This document shows positions 13,771 through 25,048 of a stretch of DNA of 64,000 bases, piece after piece (the stretch's first letter is position 1; each line of letters opens with the position of its first letter). Below the pieces are notes generated by a model. The model saw nothing but the letters and a program-made list of their open reading frames with translations, was not told the origin of the DNA and ran no database searches. Position numbers and translations under genes: made by a program. This stretch comes from Octopus bimaculoides (taxonomy: Eukaryota), in assembly GCF_001194135.2 (NCBI RefSeq), contig NC_068998.1, forward strand, positions 54,268,401 to 54,332,400. Direction: 5' to 3'.

Positions 13771-13873
13771 GTTACTTAGCAACAGTGACACAGTTTCTAT
13801 TCAATGTAAACAAATCCAAAGAGGAGCAGTGTTAGTGATCCGTTGACGTAACTGTTTCATTCTTCTATAAAAC
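13771..13873. promoter_or_regulatory. Candidate enhancer/promoter: RFX X-box, forkhead, CRE-like and TATA-like motifs
   Basis: GTTACTTAGCAAC at 13771-13783, TGTAAACA at 13805-13812, TGACGTAA at 13844-13851 and TATAAAA at about 13867. Motif inspection only. Confidence 0.35.
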
Positions 13874-15905
13874 ACAAATGACAGGGCTTCGGGGACTATT
13901 TTTCCCATGAATCATTTGCTTAGTGGTGAAATACTATCCATGTTGCTGGAATGGGGAATTGTTTCTTGGTCACCAAAATTCTAGACTCTGTGTCCCATGA
14001 GACATCACTAATTTCTTTTCTAATAGCTCAATAGTTTCTCTGTAGCAATCAAATCTCCATCAATAATCTCCCTTCATTCTTTAAAATCAGGATCAGTTGT
14101 TCTGAATCTTAAGACTACATCATCATCATAACATCCGCTTTTTCAGTTTATTGAGGCAGATTTCCTATGGCTGGATGCCCTTCCTGTCACCAACGCTCAC
14201 CTCCTGTTTCCAAACAAGATGATATTTCCTCATAGCCAAAGATGTTTTTCCTGGAAGATTGAAAATGCTCAACAACATTGCTTGTATGGCAACGATGCTC
14301 ATATACAGCCTTCACAAGATGTCTAGACAAGGGTATAAACACACACATAATAAGCTTCTTTCAGTTTCCATTAAGCAAATCCATTCATAAGGTTTTAATT
14401 GACCTGGGTCTATAGAAGAAAACATTTGCCCATGGTGATGCACAGTGGAATTGAACCCAGGACCAAATGATTGGGAAGCAAGCTTCTTAACCACATCTCC
14501 ACACCTGAACCTACTGAGTGAAAGATCAGTGTGTTGACAATAAAAGTTTATTGAGAGAGATTTTCTATGAGCACATGTCAAGCCATGCAATCCCATATCT
14601 ATTCACAGTATCCATCACATTGAACTATTCATCCATGCATGGATTGAGTTTATATCAATTACAGACTTTTCATGAGGCTGAGAGCTTAATCCTGTATTGT
14701 CTCAATAAAATACCAAGCTATGAGCTAATGAGGAAGCTTTTCTGCTGCTTTTCAGCCAGCGAGAAGAATTAGCTGCCAAATTTCCACAGATTACACCTTA
14801 CCATCTTAAAACAGGAAGGTAATTTTCAACTGTGGTAATCCTGGATATAAACAAAGGTAAACCTGTTTAATCAGGACTGGTTTATGGTTAAACAAGATAA
14901 CTTTTGCAGAGACAATTAACTATGATAGATTAAGATTTTGTCCAGGGGGAACTTGATCTTATCCATTGCATACCATCATGCAAAAGCAGATGTCAGATGA
15001 TGGTGACAGTGACTTGTAATTTATTAAATATATAGGCACAGACAGGAGTGTGTGGATGAAAAGTTTGCTTCCTAACCACATGGTCATGGGTTCATTCCCT
15101 CTGTACAGCACCTTAGGCAAGTGTCTTCTGCTATAGTCCCAGGTCACCTAAAGCCTTGTGAGTGGATTTGGAAGACAGAAACTGAAAGAAGCCTGTCGTG
15201 TGTGTGTGCGTGTCCTTGTTGTGATGTTATGTGATAGTTACATATGACTGACAGTGTATCACATGTCTGGCAATGGGGAAATATTACTTTGCTTAGAAAT
15301 AGGTGAAGGTAGACAAACGGGAAGGACTTTTGCTCATAGAAAATCTCTCTCAATAAACTCCCATCTGACCAATGTGAACATATGAAAGAAAAGGTTATTG
15401 AACCGATGATGGTGACAATATTTTGGCTAGCTGGCATAGTTTACAGCATTCTTCTCTCCATATCATTACAATGGTCACTGGGAAATGAAAGCACTCTCAG
15501 CCAAATAATCACTTTTGTCATCATCATAAAGGCAATAGTAGTCACAATAATGCCACAAAGCCAACAGATTGAAGGGACAGCTTACTACCACTGCTACTAC
15601 AAATAATAATAATTGCCATATTTTGGTTATAAATGCCAGTTTATTATTGAATCTATTTCCTGTTTCTGTTTCTGGCAGTATTTTTTGTTTCTCATATCAG
15701 GTTGCCTTAGTATTGTATAATTCTCTCTCTATCTCTCTCTCTCTCTCTCTTTTGTTTGTTTTTAATTCTATAAATTCCTACAAGTGTAAGCCTTGACAGC
15801 CAATGTGGTTATTTCAATTCAAAGGTTATTAGATTCAGTTTCATTATAAGATTTTTTCTTTTGTCATAGCATTTTATTTTTCTGTGTTTAGATATGAGTT
15901 ACAAG

Positions 15906-16200
15906 GTCATTAACGTTACAGAAAGGGTCATAGCTCAACTAATTAGAAAGAAGGTTAACCTAGATGAGATGAAGTTTTTTTGTCTTGTGCCAGGATGAAG
16001 CTCTATTGATGTTCTTTTCTTAATAAGGCAACTTGGGGAAAAGCATTTGGACAAAGACTAAACTGCTGTTTATGTGACCTTTGTCAATATAGAGAAAACC
16101 TTTTGGAGAATCCCTTGCTCCCTCATTTGGTGGTCAATGCAGAAGTTAAAGGTGAGAGCTATCCAAGCCATGTACAGGGACGCTGTCAGTAAGGCTATCA
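15906..16200 (+). pseudogene. RTE-type LINE reverse transcriptase fragment
   Basis: Frameshifted translation ERVIAQLIRKKVNLDEM..F..VPG.SSIDVLFLIRQLGEKHL..D..VYVTFVNIEKTFWRIPCSLIWWSMQKL..VRAIQAMYRDAVSK matches RTE RT domains 2-3 (QFGF.PGRSTTDAIF..RQL.EK..D.EKAFDRVP). Confidence 0.8.
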
Positions 16201-17386
16201 CAGCTACAGGTGGGATCATCCTAGAGACCTCCTGTAGTATTTGAAAGAGAAAATTTCAGCTGGAAAATTTGTAATCTTTCACAAATATTTCCCTGGTATT
16301 CCTCAATCTTTAACCATCCATTCCATTTCACCATGTTCTTCACCTGATTACGCAAGATGAGGGTCTCCAATATTTAACATTGACAATTTAGAATCTGGAA
16401 CAGACGGAGCTAGCTACCAGTTTCTCTAAGATATTCAGCTTCTTCCTTTTAGTTTTACATCCTTCTCTAAGCTGGAGATTCTTGGAATGATAGAGGAAGC
16501 TTTTATTTATATATTTTCTTTTGCGGTTTTGTCTTGTTTTTGTTATTAACTGCTAGGAATTTGGTTGTTCTTATTAGCAGTCGGTTGTTAATATCAAAAT
16601 ACCAAAGTTTTCCATTATTAGAATTCGTCTATTTCACCTGCACTTTTATTCCTTCTACCGTTATCTTCTCCAGTTTCTTATAGTTCTCTGTTCCATATTT
16701 ATCTTCTTTTGTCTTCTTATGACTTGTTTCAGTCATTTGACTGTGGCCATGCTGGGGCACCACTTTGAAGAGTTTTAGTTCAACAAATTGACCCTGGTAC
16801 TTTTTAAGAAAAAATAAAACAATTTTTGGTGTTTACTCTATCGGCCTCTTTTGCTGAGACTGCTAAGTTACAGGGACATAAACAAACCAACACCAGTTGC
16901 CAAGCAATGGTGGAGGATGGGGCAAACACAAATTTAGCAAAGACCAAAGTCCTACTAGTAAGTAGAAAAGCAGACAGATTACTAACCCCTTCAGGGAAAT
17001 GTCCCTGCTCAATATCTCAAAGTGAAAGTAGAAATTTCATAAGTTGACTTAAGGCCACAAGCTCACAAAATCATGACAGAATGCATAGCGACATTTCACA
17101 GTTTTGCCTTTCATCCTCCTCTGGGATGAATAAGTACCAGTTGAAGACTGGGGTCAATGAAATCAACTTACCTCCCACCCCATCTTTAAATCACTGGCCT
17201 TGTATCAAAATTTGAAGCCATTATTAAACTGATTTTTGAAACATAAATTAACCTGAAAGTTTTGAGAAATTTTTATTTAGATCACTTTAAAATAGGAAAT
17301 TTGTATCATAGTTTGTACGGGAACGGTCTTGGGCAGGTTGGAATCCAAAGCACTACTGAGGAATGATTGGGAATTAATTATTCTCA

Positions 17387-17621
17387 CGTTATTTACATTT
17401 GATGGATATTTGTCCTCATCTTGTTTGTTGTTAACACGTTTCGGCTGATATACCCTCCAGCCTTCATCAGGTGTCTTGGGGGAAATTTCGAACCTGGGTT
17501 CTCATTCCTAAGGCATTTTTTGATGTTATTATTATCATCATCATTCAGGTCACTGCCTGGAATCGAACTTGGAATCTTGGGGTTAGTAGCTTGCGCTCTT
17601 AACCACTACACCATATGCCTG
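17387..17621 (-). mobile_element. tRNA-headed retroposon with hammerhead motif, copy 1, with 12-bp TSD
   Basis: On - strand: head ggcatatggtgtagtggttaagagcgc..aagattccaagttcgattccaggcag (A and B boxes), (TGA/TAA)n linker, then GACAC-CTGATGA-A-GGCTG..CAGCC-GAAA-CG. Flanked by TAATTATTCTCA at 17375-17386 and 17622-17633. Confidence 0.85.
17432..17475 (-). ncRNA. Minimal type I hammerhead ribozyme motif, damaged (3-nt deletion at cleavage site/stem I)
   Basis: GACAC CTGATGA A GGCTG gagggtatat CAGCC GAAA CG T GTT, against family consensus ..GAAA CGTT GTGTT. Confidence 0.6.
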
Positions 17622-17702
17622 TAATTATTCTCAGTTGAGAACTACCAGAGTCTCTCATTCGACCACAACTTAGAATCGTAAAAGTTTTAAGACTGCTATT
17701 AA

Positions 17703-17920
17703 TCCTTTTGATACCATATTTTTGTTGATATATATTGCCTTTATTTCAGTTAATTTTGGAAAACAATAAAGAATTTAGTGAAATAACTATTAAGCTGGTG
17801 TTTGGAACATAAATTAACTTGATATTTTGGTGGAAGAAAGTTTTAAATTAAATCCCTTTAAAACCGGAAGTTTGTATCATAGAATCTGGAGCAGTTTCAG
17901 GCAGTTTGGTATGAAGAGTC
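17703..17920. mobile_element. Degenerate TTAA-flanked MITE, same family as 29246-29456
   Basis: ttaa|tccttttgatacc..gtttggaacataaattaac..tttgtatcatagaa..ggtatgaagag. Partial copies at 17229-17340 and about 52185-52395. Confidence 0.6.
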
Positions 17921-20248
17921 ATTTTTGTTAATTTTGGCAACATGTGGCTTGCAGAATCAGTAGAGCATTGAACAAAACACGTGTGATATTTGGTTCAATC
18001 CTTTTTATGTTTTGAGTTCAAATTGCACCATAGTTTTTACATTGCCTTTCATTGTTACAAAGTCGGAATAAAATACCAATCGATAAAATAAGTAGCAGAG
18101 CTGAGCTCAACAACTTACATTCATCTCTCAGCAAATTGCCACAGACAGAATGCCCTTGTGAGACGCATAAAGAAGCAGAACTTATTTACACTTCTNNNNN
18201 NNNNNNNNNNNNNNNNNNNNNNNNNNNNNNNNNNNNNNNNNNNNNNNNNNNNNNNNNNNNNNNNNNNNNNNNNNNNNNNNNNNNNNAATAAATATCAAGT
18301 TATAATACCAATTGGATAAGACAAAACAAAACAGAAACTACTACTTCACCCCCTTCCCTCCTCATCCCTTCTTCCCCTTTACACCACATCCGGACACAGG
18401 TGGATGATGCTTCAACAGAAAGATAGCTTTATTCATATCTCTGCTACTCAGCTGCCAATGAATTCATGAGCCATTTTATTATACATAATGGGAATTTTTT
18501 TTCTTTCTTTCTTTCTTTTTAATTCTGTCCCAGCATTTATCTTGCTTCTAATGCACAGAATGGAAATATTTACTATTAATTTTCTTTCTATTTCATTCTC
18601 TCTCTTGTTTTTTTTTTCCAGTCTCTCTTTCCCTCTCTCCATTACAAAAACTACAATATGTAATTGTTACATGAAAGCATTACAATTTCATTTCAAATAA
18701 ATTCATCATCGTTTTGTATATTATTTTGTGTTTTAAATTTTTAATGTGTATGTATGTATGCATCTGTGTGTATATATGCTTCCGTGTGTCTGTGTATGTG
18801 TGCGCACGCGCGCATTATATATAAAAATATACCAACCGCAGTTTTATATTATTCCTTTAGAATTGATGTTAGAGCATCGGGGGAAAATGACATGCAGTAT
18901 TTGTTGAAGCTCTTTATATTCTGAATTCAATTCCTGCTAAGGTCAACTTTACTATTCATCTCTCCAGAGTTGATAAAATAGAGTACCATTCAAGTACTGG
19001 CATCTGTAATATCAGCTAATCCTTTCCCTCAAATTTCACGCCTTACACTTAGGTTAAGAAACAGATCATCAACAGCTCTGAATCCTTGACTTGAACACAT
19101 CTTAAGTGTTTCATAAACAAGACTAGGCTCAACAATAACACAAATGAAAACAATCTGTGTATTTGAGCCATTATTACTAAAGTTCATCAACACACACACA
19201 CACACACTTTCTCTCGGTTATTTCATTGAGCAATTTTGGAATTACTAAATCCATGAAATTAATTTTGGAAAGTTCTATTAGACAGAGTTGGAATCAACAG
19301 TGTGTCTGTAGTACATTGATACTTTTGGCTGGTTGCCAGCTCCAATAACTGCCTCTTACTCTCTTTCTCCCTCAATTTCTCTCTCTCTCTCTCTTTTCTC
19401 GCTCAACATATTTTTCAAACTAATAACTGTCTCCTTATCTTCCTCTCTATCTAGTTCTCTATCTTGCTTTCTCTCTCAAATTAAATTCATGTGGANNNNN
19501 NNNNNNNNNNNNNNNNNNNNNNNNNNNNNNNNNNNNNNNNNNNNNNNNNNNNNNNNNNNNNNNNNNNNNNNNNNNNNNNNNNNNNNNNNNNNNNNNNNNN
19601 NNNNNNNNNNNNNNNNNNNNNNNNNNNNNNNNNNNNNNNNNNNNNNNNNNNNNNNNNNNNNNNNNNNNNNNNNNNNNNNNNNNNNNNNNNNNNNNNNNNN
19701 NNNNNNNNNNNNNNNNNNNNNNNNNNNNNNNNNNNNNNNNNNNNNNNNNNNNNNNNNNNNNNNNNNNNNNNNNNNNNNNNNNNNNNNNNNNNNNNNNNNN
19801 NNNNNNNNNNNNNNNNNNNNNNNNNNNNNNNNNNNNNNNNNNNNNNNNNNNNNNNNNNNNNNNNNNNNNNNNNNNNNNNNNNNNNNNNNNNNNNNNNNNN
19901 NNNNNNNNNNNNNNNNNNNNNNNNNNNNNNNNNNNNNNNNNNNNNNNNNNNNNNNNNNNNNNNNNNNNNNNNNNNNNNNNNNNNNNNNNNNNNNNNNNNN
20001 NNNNNNNNNNNNNNNNNNNNNNNNNNNNNNNNNNTTTTTTTTTTTTTTTTATGCATCTCAAAAGAACAAAATTCAAAGTTTGACCTAAGCAGGATTTGAA
20101 TTTAAAGCGCAGAGATTTGAAACAGGTGCTAAATCTAATCTGTAATCAGACCAGTAATTGGACATCAGCAGTGTACTGACCTTGCCTGTCCCGCACTAGA
20201 ATGGAGAGAGAAGACTTTATACAGATTTTTCCTTTCCTGAAGTTTGTA

Positions 20249-20286
<38 letters not shown>

Positions 20287-20477
20287 ACGGACTCTGTATT
20301 TATAAGCCTATATTATGACTCAGGTGTGGCTGCATAGTAAGAAGTTTATGTCCCAACTACATGGTTCCAAGTTCAATCTTATTGTATGGCACCTTCAAGA
20401 AGTGTCTTCTACTGTAGCCCCAAGCCGATCAAATCTTGTAAGTGGATTACGTTGATGGAAGTTGAAACAAACCTGTT

Positions 20478-20527
<50 letters not shown>

Positions 20528-23500
20528 ACACACTACTGTCTCTTTGCAAGTACCATTTAAGTACCTGGACTCAATGTAATCAGCTTGCCCCTCCTCTCAA
20601 AATTGCTAGTCTTGTCAAAATTTGAAACCATACTCAATGTGATATGTGTATTCTTTTCTCACAATATTATAAGAACAATCATCAATCTGAGTAGGTTGGT
20701 GGCTGGGCTGTGTGTGTGTGAAGGTAGGTCACCTAGTGCTTAGGCTGCTAAGTACACAATCACAAGGTTATGCATTCTATTCCTAGAGTAATTGGTGCAT
20801 TGTGTCGTTGATCAAGGCATTTCATTCCACACTGTGCTCCAGTCTGCTGAAAATGAGTAGCAGTCAAGTGCTGCTGCAGCGGCCCATTTTATCTCCAGCT
20901 GCCACATCCCCAATGTTCTGCTGGGTCAATGGTGGGAGAGCCCTGGGAAGGTGTGTCTGTCTGCTCAAGACCACTCAGGCACTGAAACCTTGGTTTTAGG
21001 ATCTCAATTCCGTTGTGGTGGGTGGGTCTTCTTGAGTACACCAATGCACCATAGATAACCATTATCATTCAGTGTCTGTTTCCCATGCTAACATTAGGTT
21101 GGAGGACTACACCAGGCTTGTCTGTCTTGGCTCTGTTTCTGGATGCCCTTCCTAATGCTAACTACTTTAGAAAGTGTATTGCTACTATATATATATACAT
21201 ATATATATATATCGTTGTTCACAAGACCCGATATAAAACAGAACAAATAGAAGACCTGTATGGAGGAGTACCATGTTATGAAGTAGACTAATACTTGAAT
21301 CAGTCTTTCATTAGAGAGGGGAAAAAAATTTGTCATGACAAAAATGTTAACTCGGATTACCGCAACACACACCTCCTCCTCCTCTTATTTCATTTTCAAT
21401 AAAGCTGAACAGTCATATATAACCCTTTACACACACACACACATATATTATGATGGTTATTATTTAGCAGAGGTTACAGAGTGACTCAAGGGCTGAGAGT
21501 TTCATGTGTTAGCACTTATCAAACTAGTTGGAAATTGAGGAGTTTTTAATTTCTATACCAGTGATAATGGTATTTCTCTGGATAGTTCTGGAATGAATTA
21601 TAAAAACAATTACAATGTCACGTGGATAATTCATATTTTTCAAATAGTTTACCCATTATGCCGTTCAATAAATGAATAAATAATCAAATAAGAAATATTT
21701 GTGCACACTTACACATAAGAGTGCTGGGGAATATACACGAAATCTGTGTGTGTGTGTGTGTGTGTGTAAACTATTAATGGTTGTGATTCCATATTTCCTC
21801 CATCAGTTAGATTAATTATTCACTATGGTGGGTATTTTACTTTACATGTAGGGTAGTCAGCTACTTGCCTAAAGCTGTATGCAGAATTGAAAAATCATTA
21901 TCTTTATATTTTATGGTCGTGTTAAATTACAAAATAATTTTTATAAATAGAATCAGTGACCCAGTTTTAATTCATTTACAGTCCCCATGACCTTGAGAAT
22001 GGCATGAATGCCCCTTATCACAACAATTTCCCTTCCTGGTTCCTGTCTTTTTTTTTTTCCTTTTTTACCTTTCAGTCTGAATTAAAGAAATAATTATTTC
22101 AAGTTTAGAAACCTTATTTCTTGTCAAACAGCATCAGTTATCCTTTTACCATGTGGTTTTAGGTTCAACCCCAATGGGAAGCACCTTAGGTGTGTGTCTT
22201 CAACTGGAGCCCTTGGTCAACCAAAGCCCTATGAATGAATTTGGTAGGGGAAAATTAAGAGAAGCCTGTTGTGTGTGCGTGTGTGTTTTCATATCTCCGT
22301 GCCTTAATGTCACATGCTAATTGTAGACAAGTATTATCAAACAAATGGTTTAATTCAGTTTGACAAAGTAATCTGCATTGCTAAAGGGTTAGGGGGTCTT
22401 GCAACAATTGTTTTGGGTTCAAGCTTCTCCTTTTTTGTCGGTTTCTTTGTCTGCTATTAATGTTATCTTGCTAATATTATTTTTCAGTTAGATAAATGTA
22501 GACAAGTAGGTTGGATTTCATTACGTCATACATTTGTATGTCAAAAAATGCAAATTCAAAAACAAGTCCTGTGGCTGGCTCTCAAACATGAACAGCAAAG
22601 AAACTATAAATAGATTCTTTTTTTTTTTTTCTTTTTTTATTCATTATGTGTACAAGTTGTTATTTGACATAATGAATCCATTCCTGAAAAATATTCAACT
22701 CAAGTGAATCGATGTTAAAACAAAACCAGTTTTGTTGCCAAACTGGGTTTGGTCCATTTTTTTTTTTTTTGTCTCTTTCCTTGTTTTAAGAGCAAAATAG
22801 TGAAGGAGTTCCTTCACAGTGTTTCCTGAAGTTACAATCAAAATATTGCCAAATGGAAACACAGTGTGTTACATGACCGTTTGCGCACCCAATTTATGCT
22901 AGGTTTTTATTGTCATAACTATTTCCATTGTTATAATTACTGGGGGGTGGGGGTGGAAGAAGAAATAGTTATGTTTTATTGAAATGATATGAATAACAAG
23001 CTTGCATTGTTAAGACTCCTTGCCATCGTGGTATAAATACCATTATTTGTGGTTTCTTGGCCACAAATGAAACAACTGTAGTTTTATGTCCTTCACATAC
23101 AACTGTGATGAATCTGTTTTTACAAGCAGAATTTCATCTGAATAAATGACAATGAAATTTAAGGACTAGAATTGAAGCAAACTTATTGTTTAACCCCAGG
23201 TCATCTCAAAATGAGCAAACCTAAGATCAAAGGTATTCCTGCAATAATCATTCTCTCATTTTTCCGTCATTGCCAACCAAAATCTTTGTGAGAGGGTTTC
23301 ATAGATGGAAACTGAAAGAAGCCTGTCACATATATGTGTTTGTGTGTGTATCTACCCTTATCTAGACATCATGTGATGATTGTTAATGAGCATTGCTATC
23401 AAACAAGTAACGATCACTTCCAGTCATCAGTGGGAAACTTGCTTGGCCTTAGGAAGTATTGTCTTGTTTAGAAATGGGTGAGTGTTAGCAACAGAAAGTG

Positions 23501-23644
23501 CATCTGGCCATAGGAAATCTGTCTCAACAAATTCTAACTGAGCCATGCAAATGTGGGGAAATGGACATTAGATAGTGTGTACTCTATTAGAGAATGTGTC
23601 GTATTTTGTTTTGTTGAGATGGTAGGATGTGATCTGAGGGAGAT

Positions 23645-24135
23645 TTGAGTAAGTAGGAAAACAGACAGGACTCTGCTACCATCAGAGAAATGGCCTTATT
23701 TAATATGTCGAGAAGAGGTAGGTAGTAATTCCATATGGTGTACCCAGTGCAAATTCAGACGCATAAGAGCTGCCCTGGTATCAGAGGCAGGTTGAGAGAG
23801 AAAGCAGATTCTGTACATGACTGATGCATAGGAGTTGATAAGCGTTAAGAGCGTTACAGGAAATGAATTTTCTCAAATGCTCAGGAGATTCCCCAGAGGT
23901 GATAGAATACTTTTGGTACCTCGGGTGACCTAATTAGAATTAGAGGTGGAGAGTCTGAAAGTATAATGATAGAGTATAAACAGGCTGGAGAAAGTTCAGA
24001 GAGCTACTACTGCTCTTTTGTAATAAAAGGTTTCTCTTTCTCTCTCTCAGAGTGAAAGACAGATTGCTATATGGTTGTGAGATGTGGGCCATGGATGTGG
24101 AGGAGTTAGCATGCTCCCTTGGGTGTGCAGAAATG
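23645..24135 (+). pseudogene. RTE-type LINE ORF fragment (post-RT region with Cys-rich insertion)
   Basis: Broken translation ..SRKTDRTL.PSEKWP..ICREEVGSNSIWCTQCK..THKSC.GIRGRL..FLKCSGDSPEVIEYFWYLGDLI..GGESES..GWRKFRELL..KGFS..LRVKDRL.YGCEMWA..ACSLG. Confidence 0.75.
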
Positions 24136-24149
24136 ATGAATTACAAATA

Positions 24150-24468
24150 CATTGAAAGAAAAACTGGGTATATGGTGAATCGGGTGTTGTGTGCTGGATC
24201 AACATGAGTGTAAAGTGATCCACCAAAGCTCAGTATAGTTTCATTATATAAGCCATTACGTTCTTTTGTAATGTTTATAAGATGAAAGCTAGGCAGCACC
24301 ACTCTGTTCAAATGTCTAGAAAGCAGGGCATACACTATACGAGATGGTATACACAGAATTAGCTGCTGTTTGATTTGAATAATCTGGTGATTTTTTTTTT
24401 TGCAAATCATGGGAAAGGGGGACATTTTGTAAAGTACCATTTGGTGTACAAAAGGGCGAGAACCACTG
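24150..24468 (-). mobile_element. Probable hAT (Charlie-like) DNA transposon end
   Basis: Terminus on - strand reads CAGTGGTTCTCGCCCTTTTG, resembling hAT-Charlie TIRs (CAGTGGTTCTC). It abuts an N gap and the other end is not seen. Confidence 0.4.
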
Positions 24469-24541
24469 NNNNNNNNNNTTATATGCATCTCTTCTCAAAG
24501 AACACCCCTCAGAAATGTTCTCCTCCCCACTACTTTATACA

Positions 24542-24586
<45 letters not shown>

Positions 24587-25029
24587 TAAATAGCAAAATG
24601 TCAAGTTATAGAATGCTATATTTCACAGTGAATTATATTTCAAATGAATTGCTGCTGTTAGCTTATTCTTCATGCAAATGTTTTACAATAAAAAAAACTA
24701 TGCTCCAACCAACCCATTTAATTTACTGTAAAATCCTAAATTTTTTGTCTCTAAACTTGAAACTATGTTATTGCTTCAGTATATCAATTGTCTGGTCTTG
24801 TGACAGGAACTGTTTTCCTGTTTTTTTTTGTTTTTTTTCAGAAACCCTATGTTGTGCTATTCTTAGATTGCTTCTACTTGTTTGTTTTCCAATTTATTCA
24901 ACTTTTAATCGTAAAGACCACTTTGTTCCCTTTTCATTTGTTAATTCTTTCGACTCAGCTCTTACTTCTGCCAAATGTTGTTTCAAACTTAACCTTGACA
25001 TTAGCTGAGGTTTTTAATGACGGCTACTG

Positions 25030-25048
25030 CCATTGGTCGGATGACGAG
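25030..25048. promoter_or_regulatory. CCAAT plus TGACG motif pair, possible promoter of a leftward transcript
   Basis: cATTGGtcggaTGACG in a CpG-containing unique stretch; minus-strand donor GAA|GTAAGA at 24966/24965. Confidence 0.25.

Noticed and set aside
17545-17621. tRNA gene at SINE heads (also 61792-61860, 47281-47370 and others)
   Set aside because: A/B boxes are present but acceptor and anticodon stems do not pair fully, and each continues into repeat body; these are SINE heads.
19333-20099. Long ORFs at 19333-20099, 33925-34662, 41013-41368 and 44075-44512
   Set aside because: They consist largely of N-gap codons (X); artefacts.
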